The notes below the pieces were generated by a model. That model had not been told where the DNA came from. It made no database searches and saw nothing but the letters and a program-made list of their open reading frames with translations. Position numbers and translations under genes: made by a program. From assembly GCA_951812955.1 (NCBI GenBank), contig OX638340.1, positions 1,632,001-1,696,000 on the forward strand: a DNA stretch of 64,000 nucleotides, given 5' to 3'. Positions 10,939 through 21,022 of this stretch are shown here, in pieces (position 1 is the first letter of the stretch; each line of letters begins with the position of its first letter). Source of the stretch: an uncultured Gemmatimonadota bacterium (GTDB lineage Bacteria; JAAXHH01).

Positions 10939-13725
10939 TCACTCCTTGTACTGATTCACCACAGGCACCACCGGCACGGTCCTCCTTGCCGCTACCCGCA
11001 CCAACGACGCCAGCCCCGTCGGAGCGTCTTCGCCGACGCTGAACTGATCGACGTCCTCATCTGCACTCCCCACCGGCGATGCAATCCCAGTCTCCGCGTT
11101 CAGTGTGTACAATTTAGCGGTCCATCCGCCGGTCATGTACAACACGCCTCTGTGTGAGGTCAGCCCGGTCGGCAGGTCTTCTCCGACACCGAAGTCAGTC
11201 ACGTCGCCAACGGGTGAGGCGGCTCCCGTGGCAGGATTCAATACGTATAGTCGGGCCGAGTTGTAACCGACCATGAACAGATCGCCCCCGTGGGACGCAA
11301 GACCGAAGGGATGGTTTTCGCCGGCCCCGAACTCCACGGCATTACCGACCGGGGCAGCTTTCCCTGTCACGGTATCCAGCGCGTAAAGTCTGGTATTCGT
11401 CCCGCCGGCCATGTACAGCGTTCCGTTGTGGGACGCCAGACCCATGGGCTGCGATTCGCCGACTCCGAATTCCACGGCGTCCCCGACCTGCGTGGCCACG
11501 CCCGTTTCCGGATCCAGCGTATACAGCGCCGCGTTCCATCCTCCCGTCATGTACAAAACGCCGTGATGCGCGGCCAGTCCGTACGGCTGGTACTCGTCGG
11601 CGTCGAATCGAACGGCCTCTCCCACAGGTTTGGCTTCCCCGGTATTCGGATTCAGTCTATACAACTGGTCGTTGCCTTCACCCACCATGAGTAGACCTTC
11701 GACGAAGCCGGCTTCGTCGCACCGCGATCCCATCCATTCATCCAGGCCATCGACCCAGGCTAGCAAAGCTGGGGTGCTCGGTAAGCACAGGCCGTCGTTC
11801 TCGTGAAAGAGAAAATCGGTGACATCGCTTAGACCCGAGAAAGTCTCGGGTACAGTACCTGTGAACTGATTGTCATGGAGATACATCACCTCCAGGTCGT
11901 CGAGTATTCCCAGTTCAGGTGGAACGGGACCGGATAATTCGTTATCGAAAAGGTACAGCGCTTCGAGATCCTGGAGCCGTCCGAATTCGGCAGGAATAGA
12001 CCCGGACAACTGGTTGTTATGGAGATAAAGAAACTCGAGATTGGCGAGTTGACTCAGTTCTACAGGTATCGGTCCTGTTAGCTGGTTTCCATAGAGACTC
12101 AGCAGGCGCAGCTTGGGTTGATCACCAAAGACTGCCGGGATCTCGCCAGAAAGATTGTTGGAGTTGAGGTACAGAATCTCGAGATTGTGGAACTGACCCA
12201 GTTCGGCAGGAATCGGTCCGGACAGCTGATTCTCATCAAGATCCATACGTTCCAGGTTTTCCAGTTGACCCAATTCAACCGGGATCCCTCCTGACAGTTG
12301 GTTCTGCCACAGGTTCAGAAATTCAAGGCTTTCCAGGTTACCCATCTCCGGCGGGATTGAACCGGTCAGCTTGTTCGTATACAGGTGCATTATTTCCAGA
12401 TTATACAACTGCCCCAGTTCGGCGGGTATCGATCCGGTAAGTTCGTTTCGTTGCAGGCTCATGAACTCGAGATTGGCGAGTTGACCCAGTTCCGGCGGGA
12501 TCGAACCGGTCAGATCATTGCCAGCCAGGTCCAGCCGCTTCAGGCTGGTCAATTGCCCAAGGTCTCCGGGGATCGATTCCGACAGGCTGTTGTTACCGAG
12601 ATTCAACACCTCCAGGTAGGCAAGCGAAGCGAGTTCATCTGGAACGGTTCCGGAGATTTCGTTGGCGCCAAGATCAATGATCCTGAGCTCGTCGAGCTGG
12701 GAAAGTGCGACTGGGATGGCGCCCGATACCTGGTTGTGCGCCAAATCCAGTTCCCTCAGCAGGGACAGATTGACGAGGTTTCCGGGCAACCCGCCCGACA
12801 GGTTGTTCGTCCGCAGTTCAAGCCGTATCACCCGTCCGTTGGCGTCGGTCGTCACGCCGTGCCATTCGGTCAGGGGTTCTTCACTCAGCCAGTTCTCGCT
12901 TTCATTCCAGTTCGAACCATCCAACGCATGGTAGAAATCGACCAGCGTGGTACGTTCGCTTTTATCGATGGCCACCGTTACGGGCACGGTGACCGAAACC
13001 TCGCCGGAGGAAACGGTAACGACCGCGGTACCGCTCCCCAGGGCCGTAATCGTGCCGTCGTTGCTCACGGTTGCCACCGACTCGTCGCTGATTACCCATT
13101 TCACCGCCGTGCCATCGATGACCTGGCCGTTTTCGTCGAGAACGGAGGCCTTAAGACTTACTGACTCGCCGGTCGCGGTCAGCGTTACCGACGGAGGTTC
13201 AACCAATATCGTCCGTGCCGACTGGGATACGGAAACCGTAGACTTTCCCTGTTTCTGTCCCACGGTAGCGGTAATATCAGCCGTACCGTTACTGAGCGCG
13301 GTGACGAGTCCTCCACTGGTCACGGATGCAACCGAAGGATTCCGGCTCGACCAGACTACCTCGTGTCCCGAAATCGTCGCGCCGGTCTCGTCCTGCACCT
13401 GTACGGCAAGTTGCAGGGACTGGCCGATCGCAGTCAGCGTAACCGTGTCAGGAGTCACGACAACGGCAGCCGGACCGGATGACCTGGTGGGACCGTCCTT
13501 GCCGCAGGAGGCCAGCGCAAACAGTGCGAGGAAGCAGAAGAGACGGATCCCATTCCTACGGGTGGAATTCCATCGACCGGTGTTCTTTTTGACCCGTAAC
13601 CTGCTGGCAGATGGAGATGACAGCGATTTGCGACCGCAATGACGGTGAAAATGCATATGAGAATACCTTTTAAAGTTTGGTCTATGATTGGCTGCGCGGG
13701 CGAATCGGGCGCTCGATGTGGACAC
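10939..13725 (-). CDS. Large lipoprotein/surface protein: bacterial Ig-like (Big_2-like) domains, then ~16 plant-type leucine-rich repeats, then 6 copies of a ~45-aa C-terminal repeat
   Basis: Lipobox-like LFALASCG. Ig-like segments (VTPDTVTLTAIGQSLQLAVQV...). A 24-aa LRR unit repeated (LxxLxxLxLxxNxLSGxIPxELGxLxNL). C-terminal repeats of the form YTLNxETGxAxPVGxAVEFGVGExxPxGLASHxGxLYMxGG. The true start is probably inside the listed ORF; there is no ATG immediately before the signal peptide. Confidence 0.7.
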   Translation of the reverse strand: MSTSSARFARAANHRPNFKRYSHMHFHRHCGRKSLSSPSASRLRVKKNTGRWNSTRRNGIRLFCFLALFALASCGKDGPTRSSGPAAVVVTPDTVTLTAIGQSLQLAVQVQDETGATISGHEVVWSSRNPSVASVTSGGLVTALSNGTADITATVGQKQGKSTVSVSQSARTILVEPPSVTLTATGESVSLKASVLDENGQVIDGTAVKWVISDESVATVSNDGTITALGSGTAVVTVSSGEVSVTVPVTVAIDKSERTTLVDFYHALDGSNWNESENWLSEEPLTEWHGVTTDANGRVIRLELRTNNLSGGLPGNLVNLSLLRELDLAHNQVSGAIPVALSQLDELRIIDLGANEISGTVPDELASLAYLEVLNLGNNSLSESIPGDLGQLTSLKRLDLAGNDLTGSIPPELGQLANLEFMSLQRNELTGSIPAELGQLYNLEIMHLYTNKLTGSIPPEMGNLESLEFLNLWQNQLSGGIPVELGQLENLERMDLDENQLSGPIPAELGQFHNLEILYLNSNNLSGEIPAVFGDQPKLRLLSLYGNQLTGPIPVELSQLANLEFLYLHNNQLSGSIPAEFGRLQDLEALYLFDNELSGPVPPELGILDDLEVMYLHDNQFTGTVPETFSGLSDVTDFLFHENDGLCLPSTPALLAWVDGLDEWMGSRCDEAGFVEGLLMVGEGNDQLYRLNPNTGEAKPVGEAVRFDADEYQPYGLAAHHGVLYMTGGWNAALYTLDPETGVATQVGDAVEFGVGESQPMGLASHNGTLYMAGGTNTRLYALDTVTGKAAPVGNAVEFGAGENHPFGLASHGGDLFMVGYNSARLYVLNPATGAASPVGDVTDFGVGEDLPTGLTSHRGVLYMTGGWTAKLYTLNAETGIASPVGSADEDVDQFSVGEDAPTGLASLVRVAARRTVPVVPVVNQYKE

Positions 13726-13894
13726 GATTCCGCCTTTAAATAGGCGGTGTGACCATCGCTAAGCCGACCTGACTAGAAAAAGCGATGCAGACCGTCAGAA
13801 TATAGCACGGATTGTTGTGATTTAAAACTGTTTTAAAATGATTTTTTTGTGACCTATGGCCGGATCCGGATCGCCATATGCCGCCTAAAGTCCA

Positions 13895-15505
13895 TTACGT
13901 GTCCGCGTTCGACGGCGACTGTGCCGCCACGTGCGCGGCAAACCCCGAGCCGGCCTCTGCGAACAGGTTGTACACGCTCGACGCGCCGGCCTTTTTGAGT
14001 ACCTCGATCTCATCGGGAAACCTTGCCGTGGCGGCGACCCGGCCGTAGAAGGAGGAAGCCTTGAGCTGGTCGAGGACGGCGAGGTTGGCGGCCAGACTGG
14101 GTAATGCCAGCATCACCAGTTCGAGGGTATGGGCGGCCTGAACGCGGTTCCAGAAGTCCGTGTCGGTGGGATCACCGAGCAGTACGTGGCGGTCCATCGA
14201 ATGCTGCCTCTCCACCCTTACCGGATCGATATCCACGCCGACGACGGTATCGCCGTACAATTGATGCATATTGTCGTATGCCGCGCTGCCCACGCGGCCC
14301 ATGCCTATGATGGCGATCGTCGCTCCACCTGTATCGAGAGGCTGGTCATCGGCAAGACGCTCTGCTTTCTGAAAACGGTCCCATACAGCCCGGTGTCGAG
14401 CGTAGATCCTGTGTGCGGCGACGTTGAGACCCGCCGAGATGACACAGGACAGCGCCAGGGCGATCGCGGTGACGATCAACCAGAGGCCGTCGATCCAGCC
14501 ATTGGCCACGCCGACGGTCGCGACGATGAGTCCGAATTCGCTGAAGTTGGTCAGGTTCAGCGTCGCGAGCAACGAGGTTCGGGCACGAAGCTTAAACGCT
14601 GCCAATAGTCCGAAGAACAACGCCGACTTCAGAAATACCAGCGGCGTGACTGCCGCGCCGATGAGTACGGCTTCCAGTGTCAGCGGGCCGGAGAGCCCGA
14701 TGGACAGAAAGAAGGCAAGCAGGAACAGGTCCTTGAACCCGAGCATGGTCTTTGCCATTTCGTTGGACTTTGCACTGTTGGCGATCAGTGCGCCCAGGGC
14801 GAGTGCGCCCAGGTCGCCCTTCAGTCCGACCAGCTCGAAGATTTCCGCGCCGCCCAGTGCGAAGAGCAGTCCGCAAAGCACCAGGAGCTCACCATGGCCG
14901 GCTTTCTGAAGAACAAAGAGCAGCAACGGCCGCGCAGGAATTAGGAGCAGGACCAGCAACGCCCATAGGGACGGCCACATGCCCCCCGAGATTGTAAGAA
15001 AAGCCACGGCGGCCAGGTCCTGCACGATGAGAATACCGACCGCGATACGGCCATGCAGCGAGGCGGTCTCCCCCTTGTCCTCCAGGACCTTCACGACGAA
15101 GACCGTACTCGAAAAACTGAGTGCAAAGGCGATCAGCAAAGACTGGTAGAGTCCATTGCCCGAAAAGGAAGGGGCGTTCAGGAGGGCGAGGATAACGAGG
15201 GCCGTGCCGAGGGCTAGCACGACAAGCGTCATGTGCAGGCCGGTGACGGCCCAGACCTGCGGCCGCGCGAAGGTCCTCAGATTGAGCTTGAGGCCGACGA
15301 TGAAAAGCAGCAGCGTGATCCCGAGGTCCGACAGCTTCTGGAGCATATCCCCGCTGGCGATGCCGATCAGGTTGAGCACGAAACCGGCGGCGAGGAATCC
15401 CACAAGGGGTGGCAACCCGGCGGACCTGGACAGCAGACCCAGCACGAACGCCACGGCAAGCCATGCGAGGTCACCCATCGCAATGACGATCCACCCGAAA
15501 TCCAT
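13895..15505 (-). CDS. Monovalent cation:proton antiporter-2 (CPA2) family, KefB/KefC-like K+ efflux protein with C-terminal RCK/TrkA-N domain
   Basis: About 12 TM segments, then a Rossmann motif (IAIIGMGRVGSAAYDNM). 536 aa. Confidence 0.8.
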   Translation of the reverse strand: MDFGWIVIAMGDLAWLAVAFVLGLLSRSAGLPPLVGFLAAGFVLNLIGIASGDMLQKLSDLGITLLLFIVGLKLNLRTFARPQVWAVTGLHMTLVVLALGTALVILALLNAPSFSGNGLYQSLLIAFALSFSSTVFVVKVLEDKGETASLHGRIAVGILIVQDLAAVAFLTISGGMWPSLWALLVLLLIPARPLLLFVLQKAGHGELLVLCGLLFALGGAEIFELVGLKGDLGALALGALIANSAKSNEMAKTMLGFKDLFLLAFFLSIGLSGPLTLEAVLIGAAVTPLVFLKSALFFGLLAAFKLRARTSLLATLNLTNFSEFGLIVATVGVANGWIDGLWLIVTAIALALSCVISAGLNVAAHRIYARHRAVWDRFQKAERLADDQPLDTGGATIAIIGMGRVGSAAYDNMHQLYGDTVVGVDIDPVRVERQHSMDRHVLLGDPTDTDFWNRVQAAHTLELVMLALPSLAANLAVLDQLKASSFYGRVAATARFPDEIEVLKKAGASSVYNLFAEAGSGFAAHVAAQSPSNADT

Positions 15506-15908
15506 TATGCCGCCTTTCCTGTCAATGGCCGTGTGTCTTTAGATATCATGTCGTCTTTTCATGTTAGCCTATGTCAGCCCATGTCAGCCCACGTCCGTTC
15601 AAGCTCGTCCACCGCGCCCACGCTTTTTCAAGCCAGTCTACGTTAGTCTCATGTTCGCCCATGCAATTTCCCACCCGTTACTTACGGTGTCAACGCAAAA
15701 CCACAGCCAGTCGGATTCCGACCTGTCACGCAGCCATGTCGGCGGCCGGGAAGTCCGCTTGACGCAGCTGATTTCTCTGGTTTCCTTGACGGAACTTGAT
15801 CCGCTGTCGACGCAAAAAAGATTGGAGCGGAAATGGGCGCAATGAAAAAGGCCGGCTCGAAACCGGTTCTGCTCTCAGGCGGAAACCCTCAGATCGCGTA
15901 CAGGAAAA

Positions 15909-16859
15909 GTGGATTTCATGACCAGATCCCAAGAGTTTAATTCCGCTACACAAGAGACCGTCCTCCTGACCGGAGCCACGGGATACATTGGGAGCCGGTT
16001 GCTTCGTCGCCTGGAACACGGGCCTCAAAAGGTTCGATGTCTCGTTCGGCGCCCCGAAGCGCTTTCATCCGTTGCCGCGCTGGAAACCGAGATCGTGGGT
16101 GTAGATCTCCTCCAGCCTGAAACGCTACCGTACGCCATGCGAGGGGTTTCGACGGCCTACTATCTGGTTCATTCGATGGCGTCTGGCGGCGACTTCGCCC
16201 TGGAAGATCGAAAGGCCGCAACGAACTTTGCGCAGGCCGCGTTAGAGGCCGGCGTGCAACGCATCGTCTACCTTGGCGGCCTGGGCGCCGGACGTTACCT
16301 TTCCGGCCACCTGGCAAGCAGGCGGGAAGTCGGGGAAATCCTTCGAAACTCCGGCGTGCCTACGATCGAATTCAGGGCGTCCATCATCATCGGTTCCGGT
16401 AGTCTATCGTTTGAAATGATCCGGTCCCTGGTCGAGAAACTGCCGGTCATGTTGACGCCGAAATGGGTACACACCAAGTGCCAGCCCATCGCCATCGATG
16501 ACGTACTCGACTACCTGGTCGCCGTTCTCGACGTTGCCCACACCGCCTCCAGCCGTAGCCAGGTATTCGAGATCGGTGGACCGGATCGGGCCTCCTACCG
16601 CGATCTCATGGCGGAATTCGCCCGGCAGCGCGGCTTGAAGCGCCTGCTGATCTCTGTGCCCGTCCTATCTCCACAATTGTCCAGCCTGTGGCTCGGACTG
16701 TTCACACCCGTCTATGCACGGATCGGCCGTAAGCTCGTCGAAAGCCTGCGGAACGAGACCGTTGTGGTCGACAAATCGGCTATGGAAGCATTTCCAATTC
16801 GGCCCAGGGGTATGGCCGATGCGGTACAGAGGGCGTTGGACAACGAGGATCGGGTGTAG
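15909..16859 (+). CDS. NAD(P)-binding atypical SDR / NmrA-like family oxidoreductase
   Basis: N-terminal LLTGATGYIGSRLLRRL Rossmann motif. Start may be at the internal Met of MTRSQEF. Confidence 0.7.
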   Translation: MDFMTRSQEFNSATQETVLLTGATGYIGSRLLRRLEHGPQKVRCLVRRPEALSSVAALETEIVGVDLLQPETLPYAMRGVSTAYYLVHSMASGGDFALEDRKAATNFAQAALEAGVQRIVYLGGLGAGRYLSGHLASRREVGEILRNSGVPTIEFRASIIIGSGSLSFEMIRSLVEKLPVMLTPKWVHTKCQPIAIDDVLDYLVAVLDVAHTASSRSQVFEIGGPDRASYRDLMAEFARQRGLKRLLISVPVLSPQLSSLWLGLFTPVYARIGRKLVESLRNETVVVDKSAMEAFPIRPRGMADAVQRALDNEDRV

Positions 16860-16953
16860 TCGGAGACACCCTCAAGTAGAGACGAGGAATCCGATCGAAG
16901 CGGGGAATGAGCGAGTTTCCGGAACGAGGCGGAGTTCAACCCGGAGTTCGATC

Positions 16954-17295
16954 CTAAGGCCAGGGGATCATCGGACACGGACAGGGCCTCTCAGTCAACA
17001 AGCTAAACTGCTCGTCCAGGCTGTCGATCAAGATATCCTGCTCCGTCAGACCATTGACAAGTGAATCATCCAGCGGTGAGTTGTGCCTGTATCCGCGCCG
17101 GTGCATTTCCGCGACCAGCGCTTCGTGTCGGTTGTACAACGCCGCGAGACGGCCGACCCATCGCTTCGTCTCCGGGTGCTCACGGTATCCGGACTTTCCC
17201 AGCGTCAGTACGTTCCATAGCCCGTGCAGCTCGCGATGTTCGCCCAGGAGGTGCTGGCGGCAGAGGACTTCAGGGGGAAGGTCCCAGATACGCAT
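16954..17295 (-). CDS. Pyrimidine-dimer DNA glycosylase / endonuclease V family (T4 DenV-like)
   Basis: MRIWDLPPEVLCRQHLLGEHRELHGLW aligns with the T4 endonuclease V N-terminus ([25 protein letters not shown]). 113 aa. Confidence 0.75.
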   Translation of the reverse strand: MRIWDLPPEVLCRQHLLGEHRELHGLWNVLTLGKSGYREHPETKRWVGRLAALYNRHEALVAEMHRRGYRHNSPLDDSLVNGLTEQDILIDSLDEQFSLLTERPCPCPMIPWP

Positions 17296-17420
17296 GGTTA
17301 TCTTTTAATATCGTGCGGCCAATGGGTTTATTCAGTTCTCGAATGGGTTCGACGAGCTTGTGCGCCTGTGATCATCTGGTCCTCAAATTTGTAAAAAAGA
17401 CGTCAGCGTCCGGGAAGAAA

Positions 17421-17645
17421 TTAGCGCTCATTCATTTCGCTCCGGGTAAACTTACGACCGCCAGTGGTTATACTGCCTTGTAACTCCCGAATGTCACGCA
17501 TGGCTTCTGCGGTCCGTTGTTCGCGACGAACGTAGTTCTCCAACCATAGTCGGAATTGTTGGTTCAATGTCGTATGTTCCGAATCAGCTTGCCGACGCGC
17601 GGCTTCAATCAGGTTCTCGTCCGCACTGAACGTGATATTTTCCAT
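17421..17645 (-). CDS. Small hypothetical protein (74 aa), possibly a ribbon-helix-helix DNA-binding protein
   Basis: ORF track only. The N-terminal segment ITFSADENLIEAARRQA looks like an RHH beta-strand/helix. Weak. Confidence 0.3.
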   Translation of the reverse strand: MENITFSADENLIEAARRQADSEHTTLNQQFRLWLENYVRREQRTAEAMRDIRELQGSITTGGRKFTRSEMNER

Positions 17646-17816
17646 GTCGACCTCCTACCAATCTAAAACACGATAAAACTGTATACTATTTACGTGTCAA
17701 AGTCCAAAAAGTTGCTGGATCACCTCGAAGCAACATTCACCGTCACCAACACCGTCAAGGTTTTGGCTACGGGAGACCCAGTACAGGACGCTCAGCCCAC
17801 TCACCATTACCATCGC

Positions 17817-19466
17817 CTACCGACAAAAGCAGGAGGTTTCAATGGGGATGTCGGCGCGGGCCTTCGCGAACTCAAGCCTCTGTCGCACCAAGCGAAGCTC
17901 GTTGGCCTCTCCGGCGTGTTCGACGCATTCGACCAACCCCTGGAGCGCCCACACGTTGTCGGGATGCTGGCAGCAGCGCGGCAGGCTTCCGTCGTAGCCG
18001 AGGTCAGAGCGGAACACGGCTTCGGCCTCTTCGAACATGCCCTGCTCGGCGAGGAGGGCGCCCAGGGCGTGGCGGGGGGGATGCATCCAGGCCCAGGGCT
18101 CGGTGTAGTTTAGCGCGTCGTCACGCGAAACGGCAAGGCGCAGGCTGGCGAATGCGCGATCATAGTTCCCTTTTCGGTATTCGAGCTCGCCGTCGAGCAT
18201 GGCCGCGCCGATTCGGAGCATGTCGCGCACCGTGTTGCTGAGGAAGATCGCGTCCTCGGGAATGGCGGCCGCGGCTTTGTCGAACACGTCGCGTGCGGCT
18301 TCCGCCTCTTCGATATGGCCAAGGGCCGCGTGCGCCACACCCTGTCCGTAAGCATGCATGGCGGTTTCGATCGGACGAAGAGATGACTCGCGCGGCCTGG
18401 GCGATGCGATCAGATCATGCCAGCGGCCGAAGCGAACCAGGACGTGTGTGCTCATGGCGCTGTAGCCGTCGAGGATGGAGGCCATGAAAGGCGCGCTCCT
18501 GGCGATCAACTCGGGCGTAGCCATCGCGCGGATCCGGTCGGCGGCATGGGTGGCCTTGCCGAGTTGACCGAGAAACATGGCCGTGTACATATAGAGATGG
18601 AGATCATGACACCGCATAGTGGTGTAGAAGTTCTGGTCTCCGGCATAGGCGAGGTACCTGTCGTCGGCGTAGATCGCCCGTTCGCTCTGAACCACCGATT
18701 GCGCCCAGTCGCCGCAGAGCACGTATATGTGCGCCGACATGTGTTCCAGGTGGCCGGCGTCGGGCAGTAGGCCGCGCAACAGGTCGGCCGCTTTGAGCCC
18801 GCGTTCCGGCATAGGCGACATTTCCAGCATATGGATGTACAGGTGGCAGATGCCCGGATGGATCGGGCCGTTTCGCTCGATCCGCTCCATCCAGGCGTCC
18901 ATCACCGGCAACACCTCGCTCGTGTGGCCGCGCGGGTTGGGCTGTCCGGTCTGCAGGTTCCAAAGCTGGCGCGGCGTGCAGTTCATCGCCGCATCGAAAT
19001 AGAGAGCGACGATATCTGCGTCATCCTCAAACGCCTGGGACGTGTCGCGCATCGCATCTGCATAGTCCCAGTGCCAGGTGTCCAGCACTTCCGTGTCGCG
19101 CTCATCGCCATTCCGGTACCGCGTCGCCAGCGCTTGGATGAGGGCCTGCTCGGCCAGCGTCCCATCGCTGGCCAGCGACATCGCTTTCGTCACCGCTTCA
19201 TGGCAAACCGGCAGGGTCTGGGCGATTTCGGCTTCGGTGTACCTGATCCAAGCGCGGTTGTAGTGGGGTCCGTTCGCATAGGCGATCCCCCACCAGGCCA
19301 TGGCGCAGGAGGGGTCCGCGTCCGTCGCGCATCGGAAGCAGGAAACGGCTTCTTCGTGATTGAAGCCGTAGGTCCAGTTCAGGCCGCGATCGAACCAAAG
19401 CTGAGCGGCGTCCGACTCCGTCGAGATTCTGCGGGACCAGCTTCCGAGATCGAAATCATAGCTCAT
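17817..19466 (-). CDS. TPR-like repeat protein (TTC38-like family), function unknown
   Basis: 549 aa, helical repeat composition. Resemblance to the TTC38 family is from memory only. Confidence 0.5.
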   Translation of the reverse strand: MSYDFDLGSWSRRISTESDAAQLWFDRGLNWTYGFNHEEAVSCFRCATDADPSCAMAWWGIAYANGPHYNRAWIRYTEAEIAQTLPVCHEAVTKAMSLASDGTLAEQALIQALATRYRNGDERDTEVLDTWHWDYADAMRDTSQAFEDDADIVALYFDAAMNCTPRQLWNLQTGQPNPRGHTSEVLPVMDAWMERIERNGPIHPGICHLYIHMLEMSPMPERGLKAADLLRGLLPDAGHLEHMSAHIYVLCGDWAQSVVQSERAIYADDRYLAYAGDQNFYTTMRCHDLHLYMYTAMFLGQLGKATHAADRIRAMATPELIARSAPFMASILDGYSAMSTHVLVRFGRWHDLIASPRPRESSLRPIETAMHAYGQGVAHAALGHIEEAEAARDVFDKAAAAIPEDAIFLSNTVRDMLRIGAAMLDGELEYRKGNYDRAFASLRLAVSRDDALNYTEPWAWMHPPRHALGALLAEQGMFEEAEAVFRSDLGYDGSLPRCCQHPDNVWALQGLVECVEHAGEANELRLVRQRLEFAKARADIPIETSCFCR

Positions 19467-19577
19467 GGTGGGACGCTCGTGGTTGATCGGCGGCTAGGCT
19501 CAACAAGTTGATCGGTGGCCGGGATCGGAAAGTAGGTAGATCATCCACCGTACATGGGCGGCCTTCGGTCGGTGGCT

Positions 19578-20390
19578 TCACGCAGGCTCAAGGTAACCCA
19601 CCGCCTCGGCGGCCTGCGCCCATTCCAAAGTACGATGAAACGTCTCGCGCGTCACCTTCTCAAATCCCTCGATCAGGAGCGACATCCTGAATGGGGAGAA
19701 CCAGGGCCGCGTGTGGGCTACCGCGAAGGCTTCGCGCAGACGATCGACTGTGTGCCGGGGCACCGCGGGCGCCGCGACGAATGCCGGCATCGGCACGGTC
19801 CCGGTTGATTCAAGCACGCGGACTCTCTCCGTCAGTCGTGGCATGTACTTCCTGACAAGCATGTGCCAGTAGGCGTCCAACGGCCCGACGTCGATGCTTC
19901 CGTCCACCACGCTATCGAGAACGCGCCTCGCGGTGACGAGATTGCCCACGGAACGGCCGTAGAGATGCGGACGGTCCTCGCTGCGGTAGGCCAGAAGATG
20001 ATGGCGCAATGCATTGAAGCCCGACTGCGAGTGGGCGACAGTCCAGCCCACGGTACCCCCAAAGGTGTCGGATAGGCTGCGATAAGGCGCGTCGTCGCGC
20101 ACGATCAGGTCGGTTCGGGAACGAGCCTCGCCTCCTGCCCAGGACGCGGCCGGGATCGGCGATGCCAGCGGCACGACGTCGGCAAGGTTGAGTGCGATCG
20201 GGTATCCGCACATTTGCACGCAACCGAGGTCGCTGCGGCGCCAGAGGTCCTCAAGCGGCTGCGGGGCCGGATACGTGACGTAGTCGAACGACGTCCCGGC
20301 GTCCTCCGCGACATGGGCTATGAGTTCTTTCCATGATGCCTCGGCTTCGGGGCTCACGGCGTACATCCGGGCGTTGGAAACGTATGGCAT
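19578..20390 (-). CDS. PhnD/SsuA/transferrin-family substrate-binding-fold protein, without signal peptide
   Basis: 270 aa with periplasmic-binding-protein type II fold character. No N-terminal signal sequence is visible. Low certainty. Confidence 0.4.
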   Translation of the reverse strand: MPYVSNARMYAVSPEAEASWKELIAHVAEDAGTSFDYVTYPAPQPLEDLWRRSDLGCVQMCGYPIALNLADVVPLASPIPAASWAGGEARSRTDLIVRDDAPYRSLSDTFGGTVGWTVAHSQSGFNALRHHLLAYRSEDRPHLYGRSVGNLVTARRVLDSVVDGSIDVGPLDAYWHMLVRKYMPRLTERVRVLESTGTVPMPAFVAAPAVPRHTVDRLREAFAVAHTRPWFSPFRMSLLIEGFEKVTRETFHRTLEWAQAAEAVGYLEPA

Positions 20391-20752
20391 CGGGGGAAGG
20401 CCTTTAGGATATCAGACTGACCGCGGTACGCACCGCTCTACCTCGATCAGGTCGGGACGAATGAGGATGGGGTCGTCACGCTCGTAGTAACGCTTTTAAC
20501 CACGATGTCGGAAGTTCCGTATCATACTGAATGTAAAGTGTCTATTGCCACATGTCGAGACCGTATCGGCTGCCCCGAATTCTCTCTTAATGGTCTCCGG
20601 TAATCGTTCAAGAACGCAGCGACAACGGTTTCGCTGAGTAACTCAATGACCGTTCCTATCTTCCCTTATGCAGAGAAAGGAAGCAACGGTCATCAATCTT
20701 CGACCCTGGTGCTTCAGCGAGCGAATCAAAACGCTTGATGTTGTGATGAGTA

Positions 20753-20762
20753 TGATATATCA
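20753..20762. promoter_or_regulatory. Perfect palindrome TGATATATCA immediately upstream of the mazE-like RBS (AGGAGGG); candidate autoregulatory operator
   Basis: Seen in the sequence. Antitoxin/toxin complexes commonly bind palindromes in their own promoters. Confidence 0.35.
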
Positions 20763-20782
20763 TCATACCCAGGAGGGTCGAT

Positions 20783-21022
20783 ATGAAATCCAAGATTGCT
20801 ATTACACTAGACGAGGAATTTGTCAAGCAACTCGACTATTTGGTTATGCAACATTCTTACAAGAACAGAAGCCAGGTCATTGAGGAAGCAGTTGAGGAAA
20901 AGCTGGATCGACTCAAGCGGGGACGACTGGCACGAGAGTGTACGAAACTGGATCCTGTCATGGAAAAGGAGTTGGCCGAAGAAGGACTCGTGGAGGATGT
21001 GGATAATTGGCCCGAATACTAA
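20783..21022 (+). CDS. Type II antitoxin, CopG/RHH (MazE-like)
   Basis: 79 aa. N-terminal KIAITLDEEFVKQLDYLV is an RHH beta-strand/helix. It is immediately upstream of, and overlapping, a PemK/MazF-like gene. Confidence 0.65.
   Translation: MKSKIAITLDEEFVKQLDYLVMQHSYKNRSQVIEEAVEEKLDRLKRGRLARECTKLDPVMEKELAEEGLVEDVDNWPEY

Noticed and set aside
10749-13725. A prophage or integrative element inserted at tRNA-Asn.
   Set aside because: There is no integrase, no phage structural genes, and no direct repeat of the tRNA 3' end that I could spot downstream. Only the unusual LRR protein sits there.
15506-15908. 400-bp intergenic region with ATGTCAGCCC x2 and a 100-aa minus-strand ORF (15726-16028).
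   Set aside because: The ORF has no recognisable features and a non-coding-like composition. The repeats are minimal. This is probably just the divergent promoter region for the Kef and NmrA-like genes.
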